Notes under the pieces: model-generated
What the model was told of the DNA's origin: nothing
The model's database searches: none
What the model saw: only the letters and a program-made list of their open reading frames with translations
Made by a program: the position numbers and the translations under genes
Source of the DNA: an uncultured virus (IMG/VR IMGVR_UViG_3300011885_000055)
Lineage: Duplodnaviria; Heunggongvirae; Uroviricota; Caudoviricetes
DNA: 64,000 nucleotides
Direction: 5' to 3' (one strand)
IMG/VR virus record: IMGVR_UViG_3300011885_000055
Shown here: in pieces, positions 61,533 through 64,000 of the stretch
Numbering within the stretch: position 1 is the stretch's first letter
Layout of the letters: each line of letters begins with the position of its first letter

Positions 61533-62342
61533 TCATTCCTTTTTCCACATTTTCAAATATACTGACCAGCCTATTAACTCCTGATAAACTGGACTAGCTT
61601 CAACTACCCTATATCCTTTGTACTGCTCTTCCCAAAATCTAAAATCATTTTCTTTTATAAGCTTCTCTATTTTTCTCTTACTGTACTTATAATCATTTTT
61701 TATAGATTCAGGTCTTATTAAATTTCTTGAAGAGCTCCATCTCTTTTTACCTTTTTTGTTATTTCTGCTTTTGGTTATATATCTACTTATTCCTTCAAGT
61801 CCATTTTCATTAGGTTGTAATCTATCGGCATTTATAAATCCTATAGTGTCCCCTTCTTTTTCGCCCTTCTTTTTACGTTTACTCCAAAGCTCCTCAACTT
61901 CATCTCTGCTTAAACCTTTATTCATTAAAATGTGGTGATGTATTCTTATTGGCTTGTCCTCGTTTTCATCTGCCATAATATATTCTGTTACTAAAATGTA
62001 TTTCAAGGGTTCTAATCCTTTTTTCTTTCTTCTATGATTTAATCTTCTAAAAAAATTACTTATCTCTTTTTCTGCTTCTTCTGGTGTTTCAGGAAGATAT
62101 TTATCTTTATAAGTACAAGTAACATGTAAATCCCCCTTACCAAAATTTCCATTTGCAAGTTGAGTAATATATCTCTTAGAGTTTTTATCATTTAAGTTTT
62201 TCTGTTTAGGTTCAGATTCTTTTACTCTTTTTGCCCTTTTCCCCTTTACCGTTTTTTCTTGCCATATTGTCCTGGGGATTATATCCACTTCTAAATATTT
62301 TTTGCCACAGTATATCTTCTTCTCTCTCATGAAGTTTCTCAC
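61533..62342 (-). CDS. HUH-type rolling-circle Rep-like protein
   Basis: Motif I LHVTCTY, motif II IHHHILM, motif III SRYITK, then KRWSSSRNL. Confidence 0.72.
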   Translation of the reverse strand: MRNFMREKKIYCGKKYLEVDIIPRTIWQEKTVKGKRAKRVKESEPKQKNLNDKNSKRYITQLANGNFGKGDLHVTCTYKDKYLPETPEEAEKEISNFFRRLNHRRKKKGLEPLKYILVTEYIMADENEDKPIRIHHHILMNKGLSRDEVEELWSKRKKKGEKEGDTIGFINADRLQPNENGLEGISRYITKSRNNKKGKKRWSSSRNLIRPESIKNDYKYSKRKIEKLIKENDFRFWEEQYKGYRVVEASPVYQELIGWSVYLKMWKKE

Positions 62343-62548
62343 GGTACCCTTCCCCCTTTTGTCTCCTTATCAATCTGTATTGGTTTAAATCTATAACTAT
62401 ATTTCTTTTATTATTTTTAAATAGTTATAATGTTAATACCTCATACGAGCTCTTTAAGAGGTATTAAACTCTCTAATTTTGATTGATTAGTACCGTGAGT
62501 TTTGATATACTTAAATTGGTAATATAAATATACTTTCACGGTATATTT

Positions 62549-62590
62549 AGGAAATACTTTTCACGTCAATGGAAAGTATTTCCTTTTATT
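62549..62590 (+). terminator. Hairpin terminator-like element
   Basis: GGAAATACTTTTCA-CGTCAA-TGGAAAGTATTTCC followed by TTTTT on the plus strand. Confidence 0.5.
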
Positions 62591-62591
62591 T

Positions 62592-62879
62592 TCATCTTGT
62601 ATTTTCACATTTAGATATTCCTCCACACTTAGTACACTTAGTATTGTATTTTAAAGACCATGTAGAATATCCACAACTTGTACACACCTTTATCCACAAC
62701 ATATCTTTTCTTGTTACTAACTTATAAGTTGCTTGACAAAGCTCTGCTAACTTTTTAAAATTAGTAAATTTACTAAAATTAATATTATTCAATTTGATAT
62801 CATCCGTTACTATATTTAATATTTCATTAAACTCATCTTTGGTTGTATTTGCTGATAGATAATTTAAAAGCTCTATCAT
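62592..62879 (-). CDS. Hypothetical protein with C-terminal zinc ribbon
   Basis: CTSCG...CTKCG. Confidence 0.6.
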   Translation of the reverse strand: MIELLNYLSANTTKDEFNEILNIVTDDIKLNNINFSKFTNFKKLAELCQATYKLVTRKDMLWIKVCTSCGYSTWSLKYNTKCTKCGGISKCENTR

Positions 62880-62903
62880 AGTTCATCCCTCCTTGAAATA
62901 AAT

Positions 62904-63269
62904 TTAATGAAAATATTCTGTAAGTTTTTCACACATTGCTTTTATGGAATCATAAACCTCTACTTTGTTATATTTAGAACTATTGATTTTAACATCAATT
63001 TTTATAGCTTCTGATGAATCAATTACCGTACTATCTTCTAGCATGGCCATTCCATCATTAATTGCTCCTACTAAAGAAATCTGAGTTGGATATATATCGC
63101 AAAGCTGCTCATGAGCTTTACTCTCTTGAACAGCTTGTTTTAATATTTCTATTGCTACATCTAATGCTTTGATATCTTCTTCCTTAGTTTCAATACTTTC
63201 ATATTCTTTGTATAAATCTTTAAGAACATGCAAATGCTCCATAGCTTCTTTTGCATAATTATTATTCAT
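62904..63269 (-). CDS. Hypothetical phage protein
   Basis: ORF with RBS; overlaps upstream gene. Confidence 0.55.
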   Translation of the reverse strand: MNNNYAKEAMEHLHVLKDLYKEYESIETKEEDIKALDVAIEILKQAVQESKAHEQLCDIYPTQISLVGAINDGMAMLEDSTVIDSSEAIKIDVKINSSKYNKVEVYDSIKAMCEKLTEYFH

Positions 63270-63474
63270 CCTTATTCTCCCTTTTTAAAAGTTCATATAT
63301 CTTGATGCCTTCATCCATACCAGGAGAATTTTCAACATACTTAAGCTTATATTTTTCAAAGTAAATATATCCTACTGGAACATTATTCTTATTACATATA
63401 AATGCAACATTAGGTTCCATCTTGCTCAAGCTACATCTTAATGATCCAAACTCTCCAGTTATTCTAATTTCCAT
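63262..63474 (-). CDS. Hypothetical phage protein
   Basis: Short ORF in the early operon. Confidence 0.5.
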   Translation of the reverse strand: MEIRITGEFGSLRCSLSKMEPNVAFICNKNNVPVGYIYFEKYKLKYVENSPGMDEGIKIYELLKRENKDE

Positions 63475-63490
63475 TCTTACTCACAACTCC

Positions 63491-63688
63491 TTATAAATTT
63501 ATATAAACAATGTTGTCCAATGCTTCTCTAATTAAATTTCCTAAAACTGAATCGTTAAAAAATTTAATCTTATACTCTTTTTCTAAAGTGTTTTTTATAG
63601 CACATAAATCAACCTCTTTATTTATTTCTAGTACACTCTCTGTTGCCTGTTGAACTTTTACCTTTATATCTTTAGATATTGTTTTCAT
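63491..63688 (-). CDS. Hypothetical phage protein
   Basis: Start ATG 63688 (MKTISKDIK) after AAGGAGG. Confidence 0.55.
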   Translation of the reverse strand: MKTISKDIKVKVQQATESVLEINKEVDLCAIKNTLEKEYKIKFFNDSVLGNLIREALDNIVYINL

Positions 63689-63905
63689 GTTGCTCCTCCT
63701 TACTAATGTCTCTAATATCCCTAGGATTTGTAATATCCTTTCCTTCATATCTAGATAGAAATTCCTCAAGTGATACTTTCCTAATTTTATAACTTCCTAG
63801 TTTTAATACTGGAAGTAATCCTGCCTTTATAAGTTCATATACATAGGTTTTATTAGTTTTAATTAGCTTTGAAACTTCTGGTACTGTATAAAGAATATCC
63901 TCCAT
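63672..63905 (-). CDS. Excisionase-like HTH protein
   Basis: LYTVPEVSKLIKTNKTYVYELIKAGLLPVLKLGSYKI (HTH_17 pattern). Confidence 0.8.
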   Translation of the reverse strand: MEDILYTVPEVSKLIKTNKTYVYELIKAGLLPVLKLGSYKIRKVSLEEFLSRYEGKDITNPRDIRDISKEEQHENNI

Positions 63906-63924
63906 GTTTATACCTCCCCCTTAA

Positions 63925-64000
63925 TTAACATCTCATATTAGATGATTTAAACAATTCCTTAAAATCACATTCCGGAAAAAACTTTTCATGGATTAGCAAT
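63925..64000 (-). CDS. Partial gene, C-terminus of a Cro-like HTH protein
   Basis: ...LLIHEKFFPECDFKELFKSSNMRC*; runs off the window edge. Confidence 0.45.
   Translation of the reverse strand, partial: LLIHEKFFPECDFKELFKSSNMRC

Larger units (their letters stand above)
32610..64000 (-). mobile_element. Temperate siphovirus-type prophage, continuing beyond the right edge
   Basis: Collinear early genes, HNH-terS-terL-portal-ClpP-capsid-connectors-tail-TMP-Dit-fibre-holin-amidase, then cargo; no frameshifts seen in structural genes. Confidence 0.92.

Noticed and set aside
1..64000. tRNA or rRNA genes
   Set aside because: No cloverleaf or rRNA-like sequence recognised by eye.

Overview
AT-rich, Clostridium-like (Bacillota) accessory DNA with almost every gene on the minus strand, in two blocks. 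(1) About 1-32.6 kb is a layered, partly decayed defence island. It holds terminase and endolysin relics, a shattered type I R-M system, an FRG protein, and an apparently intact type I R-M operon with a 1139-aa reverse transcriptase-HD phosphohydrolase fusion and a small gene inserted between hsdS and hsdR. It also holds a tight DUF2971 / DUF1566-coiled-coil / LRAT-coiled-coil / RES cluster, a pair of large serine recombinases and a GIY-YIG nuclease, and it ends at an orphan rlmD (rumA) 3' tail. (2) About 32.6-64 kb is an apparently intact siphovirus-type prophage with replication, packaging, head, tail and lysis genes; its lysogeny module lies beyond the right edge. The cargo after the lysis genes is a compact type V-F CRISPR system: a Cas12f1-like nuclease with an intact RuvC triad, a structured tracrRNA-like RNA with an anti-repeat, and a 6-repeat/5-spacer array, with no cas1/cas2. 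It lies just downstream of a DNA adenine methylase whose sigma-A promoter contains a LexA-box-like operator. Family calls come from motif recognition by eye and recalled sequences; no database searches were run.
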